A stretch of 64,000 nucleotides of DNA from positions 310,001 through 374,000 of the forward strand of contig CAUYUJ010000270.1 of the NCBI GenBank assembly GCA_963575745.1, in the 5' to 3' direction. Each line of letters begins with the position of its first letter. Positions within the stretch are counted from its first letter, which is position 1. Shown one piece after another: positions 1 to 10,872 of this stretch. The position numbers and the translations under genes are program-made. The stretch is from Prorocentrum cordatum (taxonomy: Eukaryota). The notes below the pieces were generated by a model. It was not told the origin of the DNA, did no database searches, and saw nothing but the letters and a program-made list of their open reading frames with translations.

Positions 1-57
1 GCTGCGACGACCACGACGACGGGGGAAATACCTCGCTGAGGCCCTGTGGTTTTTTTG

Positions 58-902
58 CTACCACCAAGCCTGGGGCGGGGTCGGCTCGAAGCCGTGCTTC
101 CTGGCGAGCTGCAGCCACCCGTCCATCCTCGCGACGTCAACCTCGCGCTCAGAAGGGGCACGAAATTGTGTTGCTGGATCCACGACCATCACCACCACCA
201 CCCCGCGCACTGTTTTAGGCAGCCCCATCCCGTGCCACCTCGCCCGACAACACACTCCGACCCCCCTCCGCAGCGCGGATAAAAACCTCCTCCAAAACGT
301 GATCCCCCCTTCCCGCACACCGCGGCACCTCCCCGACCTCGTGCTCCTCGAGGGCCTCAAGGCCGTGTATGATGGTCGCCGCCAGGCAGGCAGGCATCTG
401 GTCGGAGCTGTGGTCGTGGCAGAAGGTGAGGTCGCAGACCTCGACGGTCGAGGACCGAGGACGGCGATCACGGGTCGAGGGTCGATTACTCTGGGAGCCT
501 CTGGATCTTTCTGGGCGCCTCTGAAGCATCCAAAAGGTCCCCAGGGGCCTCCGGGAACCCACACATCGGGCCCCAAAGGTCTGGACCCCTTCCCGGAATC
601 TGTTTGTTCATCCCGAGTCCTTTCTCGACGGTCCCAGGCCTGGCGAGGGCCCCCAGAGGCCGAAAATGAACTACAGAAACATGCCGTCGTGACCTTTTCA
701 CAGCGCGAGGACGTCAGAGAACCTCCAGGGAACTCCAAGGGTCAAGATCTGGGGCGGCACCGAATCCTTCCGGGCCGCAGGGCCTGCCGGTTCACGCGCA
801 TGCTGGCGATGCTCACCACGCTGTGCGGCTGCAGGAACTCTGCGCTCGAGACCTGCCGCCCTTGCTCCTGATCTTCCTCCTCCTCCTCCTTTTCCTGCTC
901 CT

Positions 903-938
<36 letters not shown>

Positions 939-3900
939 TCTCCTCCTCCTCCTCCCCCTTCTCCTCCTCCTCATCATGATCCTCCTCCTCCTCCTCCTCC
1001 TCCTCCTCCTCCTCATCCTGCTCATTCAACTCCTCATCCCCCTCTTCCTCCTCCTCCTCCTCCTCCTCCTCTTCCTCCTCCTCCTCCTCCTCCTCCTCCT
1101 CCTCCTGCCCCTCCCCAGAATGACTTGCGCAGATCCGAGGGCGCAAGCAGATCCCAGGGCGCCGAAGGCAGTCACTGAGGCAACGCACAACGACAACGCG
1201 TATGGCCGTTAAACCTCATCTCAAGGGGGGATCCCTCTGACATACCTCGTTGGCGTTCTCATATGTGGCAGCTTCGAGACCTTCGAGGGACAAACCTTCC
1301 TCCTCCTCCTCCTCCTCCTCCTCCTCCTCCTCCTCTTCCTCCTCCTCCTCCTCCAGCTGCCCCTGCTCCGCCTGTCCTCCTCCCTCCCCTCCTCCCTCCT
1401 CCTCTTCCTCTCGAGTGATAGGAAGCACGCCACAGTAAAAGCTGAAGAGCGCACGGCTTCCCGATCTGCGAGGCGCGGGAGTGCAGGCTGCCCCAGAGAA
1501 GCACCAGAAGACATACTTAGCCACCACCGGTCCTAAGGTCTCCTCTGCCCTTCCTCCTGAAGGTGGTGGTGGTGGTTGTCACGAAGGAAGAAGGTCCTAA
1601 AAAGATACAAGTTTGGGGCACCAGGAGCTTCCCCAGGACCGGGTCTCACCCTGGGTCATTGCTTGGTGTTGGGAAACCTCAGGGCCCCCTCTCACCTCCC
1701 ATCAAGACCCTTTGCCTTCGTGGTGGTAAAGATCCTCCCCACTCCTACCGGCACGCCGAACTCGTAGAACGTGGTGCCTGCTGGCACCAGGTGCCCCAGC
1801 GGTCGGGTCGCGAAGGTGCCTAGCACCCAAGCGCGGCAATCTGCCCCCTCCTCGTAGCGCTCGATCTGAAGCAGTCTGTCGCCGTGAGCGCCCGCCTTGC
1901 GGCGGAGGTCAGCGAAACGCTCCGCAGATCGCGTCACGATGCGGATCCTGAAGCCCTCCTGCAGCAACCTGAGAACGACGGGCGTGCCCACCTGCAGGTC
2001 ATGGGGATGCTCTCAGGCCTCTGGGGGGCCTCAGGAGGCTCTGTGGGACCTCAGGGCCCGGGAGGACTCCATGGGACCTCTGGGAACCTCGGATGACCTT
2101 CGGGGGACCTGGGCAAGCTGTTCTGGCAGACTGGTCCCATGAGAATTGATGTTCCCACCATCGAGGTCGCGCCAGTGAACACGATCTCCTGGTCTGGGCT
2201 AATGCACTGGCGGATCCGGGAGTAGACCACGGCCGCGGTGAGCGTGTTGCCGTGGACAACTTTCACCTGGGTAGCGAAGGGACAAAGGATTTACGCACGA
2301 TGGCATGTCGGCCTCACGCAATGACCTAGGCGGGCCGCCAGCGCGGCACACGACGTGGGCAGGAGGGCGTTTGCGCGCGACCCTACGCGGGCAGCTGACG
2401 CGTCAGACGTCGAAGCAACCTGTCGCACGTCTTCACGCTGCTCACCTTGGAGTGCTGGGGCAAGTGTGGGAGGAGGCTCTCTCCACCGCCGTTCAGGAAC
2501 ACCGCCTTGTTCAGGGCCCCGAGGCCCACGTGCGTTGCGCCCTGCCTCTCCGCATCCTGGATGGCCTTCAGCAGCAGCGTGTTGATGTAGGGCCGCTCCT
2601 TGCGGTTCGCGTAGCTGTACGCGAGGACCGGCAATGACCATGTGGCGCACGCGAGGTGCTTGTAAGAATAGCGCTGCATGGTTATGCTTGCCCGCACGAA
2701 CAACCGGCACACCAGCGCGGCCAGCGCGCAGATCGGGAAGAGGGGGTACATCCACCACCGATTGCCCGCCTTCTGCGTCGACATGTACGGGCTGACCATC
2801 GGCATGCGGAGAACGGAGCTCCACCCGAAGCCGTGGCCCAAGAACACCACGTCCACCTTCTGATCCGTCGAAGACCGCCCGCAAGGGGGTGACAACGAGT
2901 GAAGAAGATACCCTGCCTTTTTCCCGTTCCCCAAGAGCCCCAGAACAACAACAAACAACATGTACAGAAGCTTTCATGGGTCCGCGCAGATTTCTCGGGT
3001 CGGCGATAGGCTCCCCTTCCCCAACTCCTTTATTAAAGTGCGCGCAGCACGCGGGGCCAGATTTACATTGATATCACTGTCTCTCGCATTTCCTGTGGGC
3101 AAAGATCTGGCCTCCAACGAAGCCAACTTGTGTACCCACCTCCACTGCGCCCCGGCGTCTTAGCATCACCTCTCGAGAGAACCATGACGCCGTGGACACG
3201 CGCATAAATCTTGCCCGCCAGGGCGGCGCCGAGATTGCCGCCAGGGAACGCGGCGGGGGAGGGAGCGCCGACACAACCGGTCCGCGCGGCCCTCCGAGAG
3301 CTGCTGCTCGTGGTGCGTCTCTTCTCCGCCGCTCGGCTACACGGAAGAGTGGCCATAGGCAAGAATCACCTTGGGCGCGCGGCCTGCCGATCGTCGCCTG
3401 CGGTGCGACAGCAGTGGCCCGCGCGCTTGGAGTTGGCTCCGCGCGCCCGCCCACAACTGCGCACCAGAGGTCACTCCGGCGAAGGGTCGCTTCCTCTCCC
3501 CGAGGGTCCAAAGTCTGACTAGACGGGGGGCGAAGGACTGGAGACCGACCTGGCGACCCTCGGCGAAACGCGCAAGAGCGATCCTGGGCAAGAGTGGCCT
3601 TTGGTGCGCGACTTTAGGAGGGGCGCGGGGGCGCCAAACCTGGGCGCGCAAGCCGCTGCTATCGCATCACACTCAGCGATCCAGAACCCCATTGAGCCCG
3701 CGTCAATCTGGCGAAGGGTCGCTCTGTCGTGTAGCTAACACCCCCCTTCCCACGGTTCGGGGCCCCAGGCGGAGCGACGCAGGCCCCTGGGATAGCCGCT
3801 GCGGCTCAGGCTCTTCCTCTGCAGGGCGTACGTGTCCTTGCTCACCGTGCCGCCGAGGTAGTCCCACAGCGGGCAGAAGAGGCAACCCGACACCGTGCCC

Positions 3901-3989
3901 CCTGGCACGTTGAGGCGTGGTAGAATGCCACGTGCTATCTGGCGGGGTCATCATCATCCTCATCATCATCATCATCATCATCATCATCG

Positions 3990-4025
<36 letters not shown>

Positions 4026-4413
4026 CCACCACCACCACCACCACCACCACCACCACCATCAGATCGTCATCTTCAACACCATCATCATCATCATCATCAT
4101 CATCACCACCACCACCACCACCACCACCTTCACCACAAACATCATACCACCTCCACGTTCACCACAAACACCATCATCAACACCATCATCAGCACCATAA
4201 TCATCATTGTCACGATCGGCATCGTCAGCATCAGCAGCAGAGTCATCATAGGAATCGTCATTATCACCATCATCAGCATCATCGTCATCAACATCATCAA
4301 CCATCATGATAACCTCATCATGACCATCATCAGCAGCAGCATTATCATCGTCATCGTCATCAACATCCATCATCAGTATCATTATCATCAGCATCAGCAT
4401 CAGCATCAGCATC

Positions 4414-4445
<32 letters not shown>

Positions 4446-5516
4446 CCTGGTCATCATCCTCATCACCATCACAATCACCATCATGAGCCTCATCAGCAGA
4501 ATCATCAGCATCATCATCAATGTCAGCGTCATCGTCATCGTCATCATCATCAACATCATCAGCATCATCGTCGTCACCGTAATTATCTGCGTCGTTAATA
4601 CCACCATCACAACCACCATCACCATCAACATTATCATCAACATCCTCTTCCTCCTCCTCCTCATCACCGTCATCATCCTCATCATCACAACTCCCACAAA
4701 TTTGCGGACACGAGGTATCACACGTGACGGCCTCCAATACCCCTCGAACAATCGCCACCCGAATGCTGCAATGGCACGTTGGCATGACTTACCGGAGGAA
4801 GCTGGATAGTTTTTTCGGAACTTGGTGTGATGTTCCGAATGGTAAGCGGTACAATAGACCAAGTACTTTAGGGGGCCCCACTGCAGCCACTCTGGGACGC
4901 ACTCGAAGTTGCAGTGCCCGATGCAATTCATGATGTCGAAGAAGGTGAAGTAAATGTAAACCAGCTCATAGGAGAAGTGCCCGCAGAACGCAGGCAACAA
5001 GAACGGCATCGAGAATATCGCCAAGTATGCGGTTGTCTCGAGCAGCGGGTGCGAGGTGCCAGAGACCGACTCTGTAATGATTGACGAATGGTGGTGGCTG
5101 TGAGACTCCTTATACATCTTGGGCCAATGGAGCGCCACATGGAAAGCCCAGTAAACAGGTTCCACTATACAGTAATGACCGACGATGCAGAGCAAGAGGC
5201 TGGTCAATGATAACTCCGTGGGGTTGGACAACAAGGGCGTGATTTTTTCGACTAGCAAGAAAGCAATCACGCTGCCAACTACGGGCGTGTCCCAATCTAG
5301 CTCCTGTGCAAGCTGCTTAGCTGGAGGATTCTTGTTGATGACACGCCGGTGGTAAGATACGCTCTCAATATGCGCCAGGCTTGTAAAACCGAGGTTGACA
5401 GCATACCTCAACGCTGTTGCTCCAAGGACGTGATTTGTAAGGTCCATGGATGGGGCGAAGACATAAGCAACGGCCCACAGCACAGGGTAGAGCAGCACTT
5501 TGGAGTCAATTACCAT
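58..5516 (-). CDS. CER1/CER3-family (fatty-acid hydroxylase + WAX2 C-terminal domain) aldehyde decarbonylase/acyl reductase, about 8 exons
   Basis: Approximate exons: 5516-~4793 (His boxes HVALH, HSHHH, HSEHHTKFRKNY); ~3901-~3795 (CLFCPLWDYLGGT); ~2878-2446 (VDVVFLGH, LGALNKAVFLNGGG); 2266-2159 (VVHGNTLTAAVV, FTGATSM); 1991-1749; 852-784; 439-329 (MPACLAA, HEVGE); 141-58 (ARKHGF, TAG). The last five introns have clean GT/GC-AG ends; the first two are uncertain. Confidence 0.9.
874..1410. repeat. Intronic (CCT)n microsatellites
   Basis: Imperfect CCT tracts at about 874-1110 and 1297-1410. Confidence 0.9.
3948..4690. repeat. Intronic (CAT)n/(CAC)n microsatellite
   Basis: Long imperfect CAT/CAC array in intron 1 of the CER gene. 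Confidence 0.95.
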
Positions 5517-5581
5517 GTCGTAGAATCACAACTGCTGGCAATCTTTACGTCGGGCGAGGACGAAGATGCTCAAAATTATCG

Positions 5582-5599
5582 CTTGAGCCAAAATTGCTG
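5582..5599 (-). promoter_or_regulatory. Relic dinoflagellate spliced leader after a trans-splice acceptor AG
   Basis: Minus strand reads CCTCCTCTCAG|CAATTTTGGCTCAAG, a 14/15 match to the relic form CCATTTTGGCTCAAG, 65 nt upstream of the ATG at 5516. Confidence 0.85.
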
Positions 5600-6339
5600 A
5601 GAGGAGGGCAGTGGCGCAGGGGCGCAAGGCCTGGTCTTCGGAAGGAAAGAACACGGGTTACCACGGAAATGCCAAGGCATCTGACCATGACTCCTACAGG
5701 ATCAAAGGGTAGGGCCATCCTCCTCCATCTTCTCCTGCTCCCCTTCCGTTGCCTCATCCGCCGATCAGGACGAGGAGGAACGACGGCGAGGACCCGAACG
5801 TGCCCGGGAGGCACTGGAGGTCTCCTCTGGACGACGACGACGACGACGCCGACCCCTCCCTGGCGCAGGCAGCGCGACCGCGTCCTCGTCCCCTTCCAAC
5901 GCCGCCGGCTCTGCAGGGAGGCCCTCGCCCTGGGTGCGGCGGCGTGGGCCCAGCGGGAACAGGGCCCCCTCCCCCGGAAGGAGCACGAGGTGGGAGCCAG
6001 GCTAGGTGCGCCCGCGGCATCTCCGGCATCCTGCCCCTCCAACCCGTCCCTTCCCATTGCGCTTATGTCTTCTCTATCCGCGGGCGCGTGTCATAGAGGC
6101 CGTGGCACTCCCCCCCCCAAAAAAAACGCATGGTGTGATTCGCAATCGGGAACAAGGAGCTGCGTACATAACCCGAGTTAGGAGGGGGGGGGAGGAGGAC
6201 GAGGCGGATGAGCAGGAGGATGAGCAGAGGAAGAGGAAGAGGAGGAGGAGGAGGAGGAGGAGGGCCAAAAAAACGCCTCCTAGCCAGCACTGACCGCGGA
6301 CAGATGATAAAAAGAGTGGTCAAGACACAGCGCAAGGCC

Positions 6340-8460
6340 ACAGCTTAAGCAAGACAGGGTATTTGCCCATGCGGCCTGGGGGATCGAGGCGCAAGGAGTT
6401 GCGCCTTCAGTCCTTCTTCGCATGCGCGCGCAAGTAATTGGGATGCTGGGAGGAAAAAAAGGCGTGTGCGCGACGACCACGATTCGAACGACATTCCCTT
6501 CTGGCCACCTGGACCCGCTAGTTGTTGGACGCATCCGACTTGTCGAGCAGTGGATTGCAATGCTGCCAGATCTGACGAGCAACCGCAGACAGGCGCTTCT
6601 GATTGCCTGGCGGAAGGCTTAGTCAACACTCGAAGACGCTGGCAAGACGTGGCAAGGAACCCTTTCAGCCACCATAGCAGCGTTGCTAGATTTAGGATGG
6701 ACAGCCACGTCGCCCTTGGAGTGGAGCAATATTGAGGGTGATCTGAACAATCTCGAGCTTGATGATCCAGAGCGTGTCGTGTAGTTTGAGTTGTATGGGG
6801 CTCTGGATCAACAAGCTGGGGCGAATGCTTCTGGGCACTATCATTACAAGGGCCTCGAGCATGGCCCAGATCCAACCACCAACAGACGCCATGTACGAGC
6901 CCTGATCAAGGCGGGGAAATATGACCAGGTAGGTGTGCTTCGTATGGTGACGGCAGGAGTACGTTGACCAGCGACCCGGCGACTTGGAGACGAGGCCGCC
7001 AGGCCTCCCCAGCCCGACCCACCCTCCGCCGTCACGCCCGCCCCAGGCCCCTCTTCTGCTGCTTCGGAGCCAGGGGAGCAGGAGCGGGCGGAGGAGGTGA
7101 ATTTCAGTTTTGAGGAAATGCTCAGGCAGCAGCAGGAAGAAGATGAGCTGGCCTGACCAGGCCTGGCTGAGGAGAGTGTTGACCCGTGTGGGGACCCCGA
7201 TTCTCCGACTGGCCTGGCCTGTCGCCCCTGCCGCCCGACTTGGAATGCGCCAGAGTTTCCCAGGTGCGGAGCGTCTCAGGGAGCGCGTTTCCACCAGAAC
7301 TGGGAATGTCCAGCGAACGATGCCCTGAAAAGCTCAACGGGGAACTCACAGCCCAGGCCCGCGACGAGGTTCTGGCTCCGGGGGATCGCGCCTGCCTTGC
7401 GGGTGTACCCGTTCGTGACACGCCCGACCCAAAGGACAGGATCTGCTTTTCGGAGAGCTCGCGAATGTTTGTCCATCATAGCCTCGGACGGTTCTGGAGG
7501 CAAGCGCGCGGAGGACTATCGCATCCGTAGGTGTCGATGCGGTTTCGCCAGCATGCGCGGCTGGCACCTCGTTGCTTGGGCACGCGGCCCAGTTGACTAT
7601 GGAAGCAGACAGTGCCGATAGCTGACTTGATTGTTGCCACCGAAGGCCTTAGGTACACCCGCGGTCCAGCTGTGCTCGTTTGCTGCGCAGAATGTCGTGA
7701 ATGGAATTCGGAAGGGCCCAAAGGGTAGGCCTGACTCTACTGCTAGGCTCTGGCAAGATGTTTGGGAGGTGGCCAATGGTAGACCCTTGGTGTCCATGCT
7801 ATCACCTCCCATGAATCTGTTTATCAGGCAGAGTCGACACAGATGTCCCCAGCCCATTGGCTCGCGAACAGGGTTGCGGGCGCGTGCTGATGAGAGGGCA
7901 AGAGCCACCCAGCTGTCAGGAACACGCATCGCAGAAGTAGCTAAGACAGATCCGCTCGCATCCCAGCTCCAAGACACCATCTGTTGTTAGTAACAGATCA
8001 CATGTCTCGCCAGGCGCCCAGTTAGCATGCATGACAGGCAGCATGAGGCCAAAAGGCGGGCGAGTCTCAGGAGGGATAAGGTTCAGGCTGCCGAGCTGTC
8101 CAGGACCCACGCCGTCGTGAAGAACAGCAATAGACGCCTTTCTTTTGCGGCCTGCTTCACCAGGCCATCGATTGTTTCTCCCAGGCAGGCGCGGTTATCT
8201 TCTCGTTGCCTCGGCCACCCTGCCTCTTGCACGCTTATCATCGCATCGCGCGGTTCAGAGGGGTCTTCTGGCGCACGAAGTGTTGAGGAGTAGGAGCGCA
8301 GAATTTCCGTTCGGCTTTCGAAGCCGTGCACGCAGCCATTGCCCAAGCATGGCAAACGACTGGTCGATGCGCTCAAGCGTGGAGTTTTGCCACCAGGGTA
8401 CCACGAGTGAGCCCCCCAACCAAATGATCTGGAGCCCCAGCGCGCCGCGGTAATTCAAAC
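6340..8460 (+). mobile_element. 5'-truncated, decayed LINE (post-RT region, zinc knuckle, RNase H, Cys/His tail)
   Basis: Broken frames give GTLSATIAALLDLGW, CPRCG..HQNWEC, IIASDGSGG..CGFA, LWQDVWE and WLANRVAG..ADERAR, with stops and frameshifts. Confidence 0.65.
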
Positions 8461-8799
8461 TCTGTGAGCGCGAGCGGCCAGCGAGTCGCAGCGGTCCCTG
8501 TCAGAGCATTTGGCCGCTCGGTTAGGCAAGAGGCAAGGGGCAAGAGCAGTGGGGCAGCGCAGAGAGCGGCCAGGTGAACCACGAAGCCGCCTCGAGACAA
8601 GAAGGGGCGACCCAGCTAGGCCGGGGGCGCCCTGGCGGCGCGGCCAGGCGCCAGCGCCGCGCGCGGGTGCTCACGCGGCCGACGCGGGCCGTGAGTCCGA
8701 AACTGGGGCATCTTCGAGCAGCGCCGTGCCACGCAGGCCAAGGGCCTCGGCCCCAGGACCCGCGGCCCCCACCCGCGGAGGCACCTGCTGAGAGCCCAT

Positions 8800-9732
8800 G
8801 CTCACGAAAAAAATCCGCTGGCACGTCCGCCAGCAACGAAGAGCCCCGGACCTCTCCCGTCTTGGGATGACGGCCCTCCTGGGCATTCTCGAGACGCCTC
8901 TGCAGCCGATCCCGCTCCGCCCGACTCCCTGGCGCCCCAGTCCCGCCCCCCCTGCGAGCTCGCACCAGGCCGACCGAGAGCCGCTGGGGGCGCACCGCGT
9001 GCGCTCCACAGCGCGCACAGATAAGCGCGCGGTGGCCAGGCCCGGGAATTTGGGGATCACAGAGACAGAGATGGCCTGCCTCCAACAAGTCTTGCAACCG
9101 AAAGCTCCCTCAGGGAAGCCGACAAAAACAGGCGTGGTAGGCTTCATTGCGCGCCGAGCTTCGGGGGCTGGCGCAAGGGACTTCTTGACAGTTGGCGCGG
9201 CCTTGCCACCCTCTCCGCTGCAAGCGCAAGACGCCTCATGCGGCTCAGCGTTTGCTCCAACTGAAACTTGAAACCCTTGACGATCGAAGACGGACCCGAC
9301 ATCTCGAGCGCGGCCAGCTTCGCGAAACAGTCGGCCCACATGTTGCCGAACAAATTATCTAGCGCCTCGCCCGAGTCGACGCACGCAGAAAGACCCCCGT
9401 CGAAAGAACGATGGGCCTTAGTCCAGGTAAAAACAGGTCGGCGTTCGCCAGAACTGTACAACTGATGAATTGTGCGACAGACGCTAGAGTGCGGGGCCAG
9501 AGGTCTAGCATGCTTGCCATCCCACGCGGCCCCTTCACGGGCGAGAATCAAATGATCCGCGACAAGCTCGGTCGGCCTGGCAGCAACTTCAAGCCCGCGC
9601 AGCGCGGCAAATCTTTCTGCGCAGGGTGAAGTCTGAATAGGGCCGCCAAGGCCGCCACACATCGCTTTGAAAGGGACGAGGCTGGGCGCGAGGGCCACCG
9701 CGGCCCATCCGCATATCCTGGACCCAGGAAAA
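8800..9732 (-). pseudogene. LINE RNase H remainder and Cys-rich C-terminus
   Basis: CGWAAV, QTSPCAE, LVADH, FTWTKAH, GNMWADCFAKLAA, then CKTC, ICARCGAH and EGRHPKTG. Confidence 0.8.
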
Positions 9733-9859
9733 TCCGCCGACCCCTTGTGGGTCTCTAGGCGCGTGAAATAGTTCCCCCCCCCTACCGCCCCCCCCGGGAC
9801 CCCAAACCGGAGATTTGACCCCCTCCCCCCGGCCCGGCGCGAGCGCATCACGAGGCTTT

Positions 9860-10700
9860 TCCGGACCCAAGATGGCCCCAAAACGGGGCAAGAAGGCCCC
9901 AAGAGGCCTCCAAGACGGCCCACGAGGGCCCCGAGACGCCACACATGTGCTCCAAGACGCCCAAGATGGCCCCGAGATTGGCCAAGAGGCCTCCAAGACG
10001 GCCCAAGAGGTCCCAACCAAGCCTTCCAAGAGGGCCTCAAGAGGCTAAAATTGTTGATGTTCCATTGTGTTGTCTGTGTTTTTTGCCTTTTCGCCTTTTC
10101 GGCTTCCCGACGCTCCAACACGGCCCAAGAGGCCCCGAAGACAGCCACAAGACGGCACAAGAGACCCCCAAGACGGCCCCCAAACGGCCCCAGATGGCCC
10201 CAAGACGGCCCAAGAGGTCCCCAAGACGGCCCAAGAGGGCCCCAAAACTGCACCAAGAAAAGCCCAAGAGGGCGACCAAACATTAAAAAAACTAGTTTTC
10301 CGCCCCAGGGATCCCCAGGCGGCCGCAAGTGTGCCCCCAGAGGCCGCCAGAGGCCCCCAAGACTCCCCCCAGACGCCCCGAAGAACCCCCAAGAAACCCC
10401 CCAGAGGCTCCGAAACGGCCCCCACGTGGTTTCAAAACTACATCCCAGAGGCCCCCGAGAGCCGTGCCGCGAGATCCCGATACACATACAAGATGCCTCT
10501 AACCCATAACCCATGACTCTGAGCCTTCTCTCTGTGTCCCCCTCGTCCCCCCCCTCCACCTCGGCCCCCAGGTGGCTTCAACATTGCCTTCCAAAGGCCC
10601 CCGAGACCCGTGCCGCGATACCCCGAAACACAAACAAGAAGCCTCTAACCCATAACCCAGAACGCAGAGCCTCATCTCAGTATCCCCCTCCTCCTCTTCC
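9860..10700. repeat. CCCAAGACGG/CCCAAGAGG minisatellite-like region near the Helentron end
   Basis: Many degenerate units of about 10-21 bp and a ~120-bp duplication (about 10445-10515 vs 10590-10660); related units at about 40545-40610. Confidence 0.75.
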
Positions 10701-10872
10701 TCCTCCTCCTCCTCCACCTCCTCCTCGTCCCCCTCTCCTCTCCCTTCGTTTCATTTCCCACCTTCCTCTTCTCCCGATCCTCTCCGATTCTCCCCCCCCC
10801 CATCCTCCGCCCCCCCTCTTCCTTCTCTCCCCGCCCTCCCTTTCCCCCTCAGCACGCGCGCCCGATTGGGCA

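Noticed and set aside
742..1527. Poly-E/L/R/S ORFs here, and similar ORFs at 3.7-4.8, 22-23, 34-35.5 and 54.8-55.4 kb
   Set aside because: Translations of microsatellites that lack stop codons; no coding evidence.
4059..4790. Met-rich C-terminal half of the 485-aa ORF
   Set aside because: Read-through into the intronic (CAT)n tract; CER similarity resumes near 3884.
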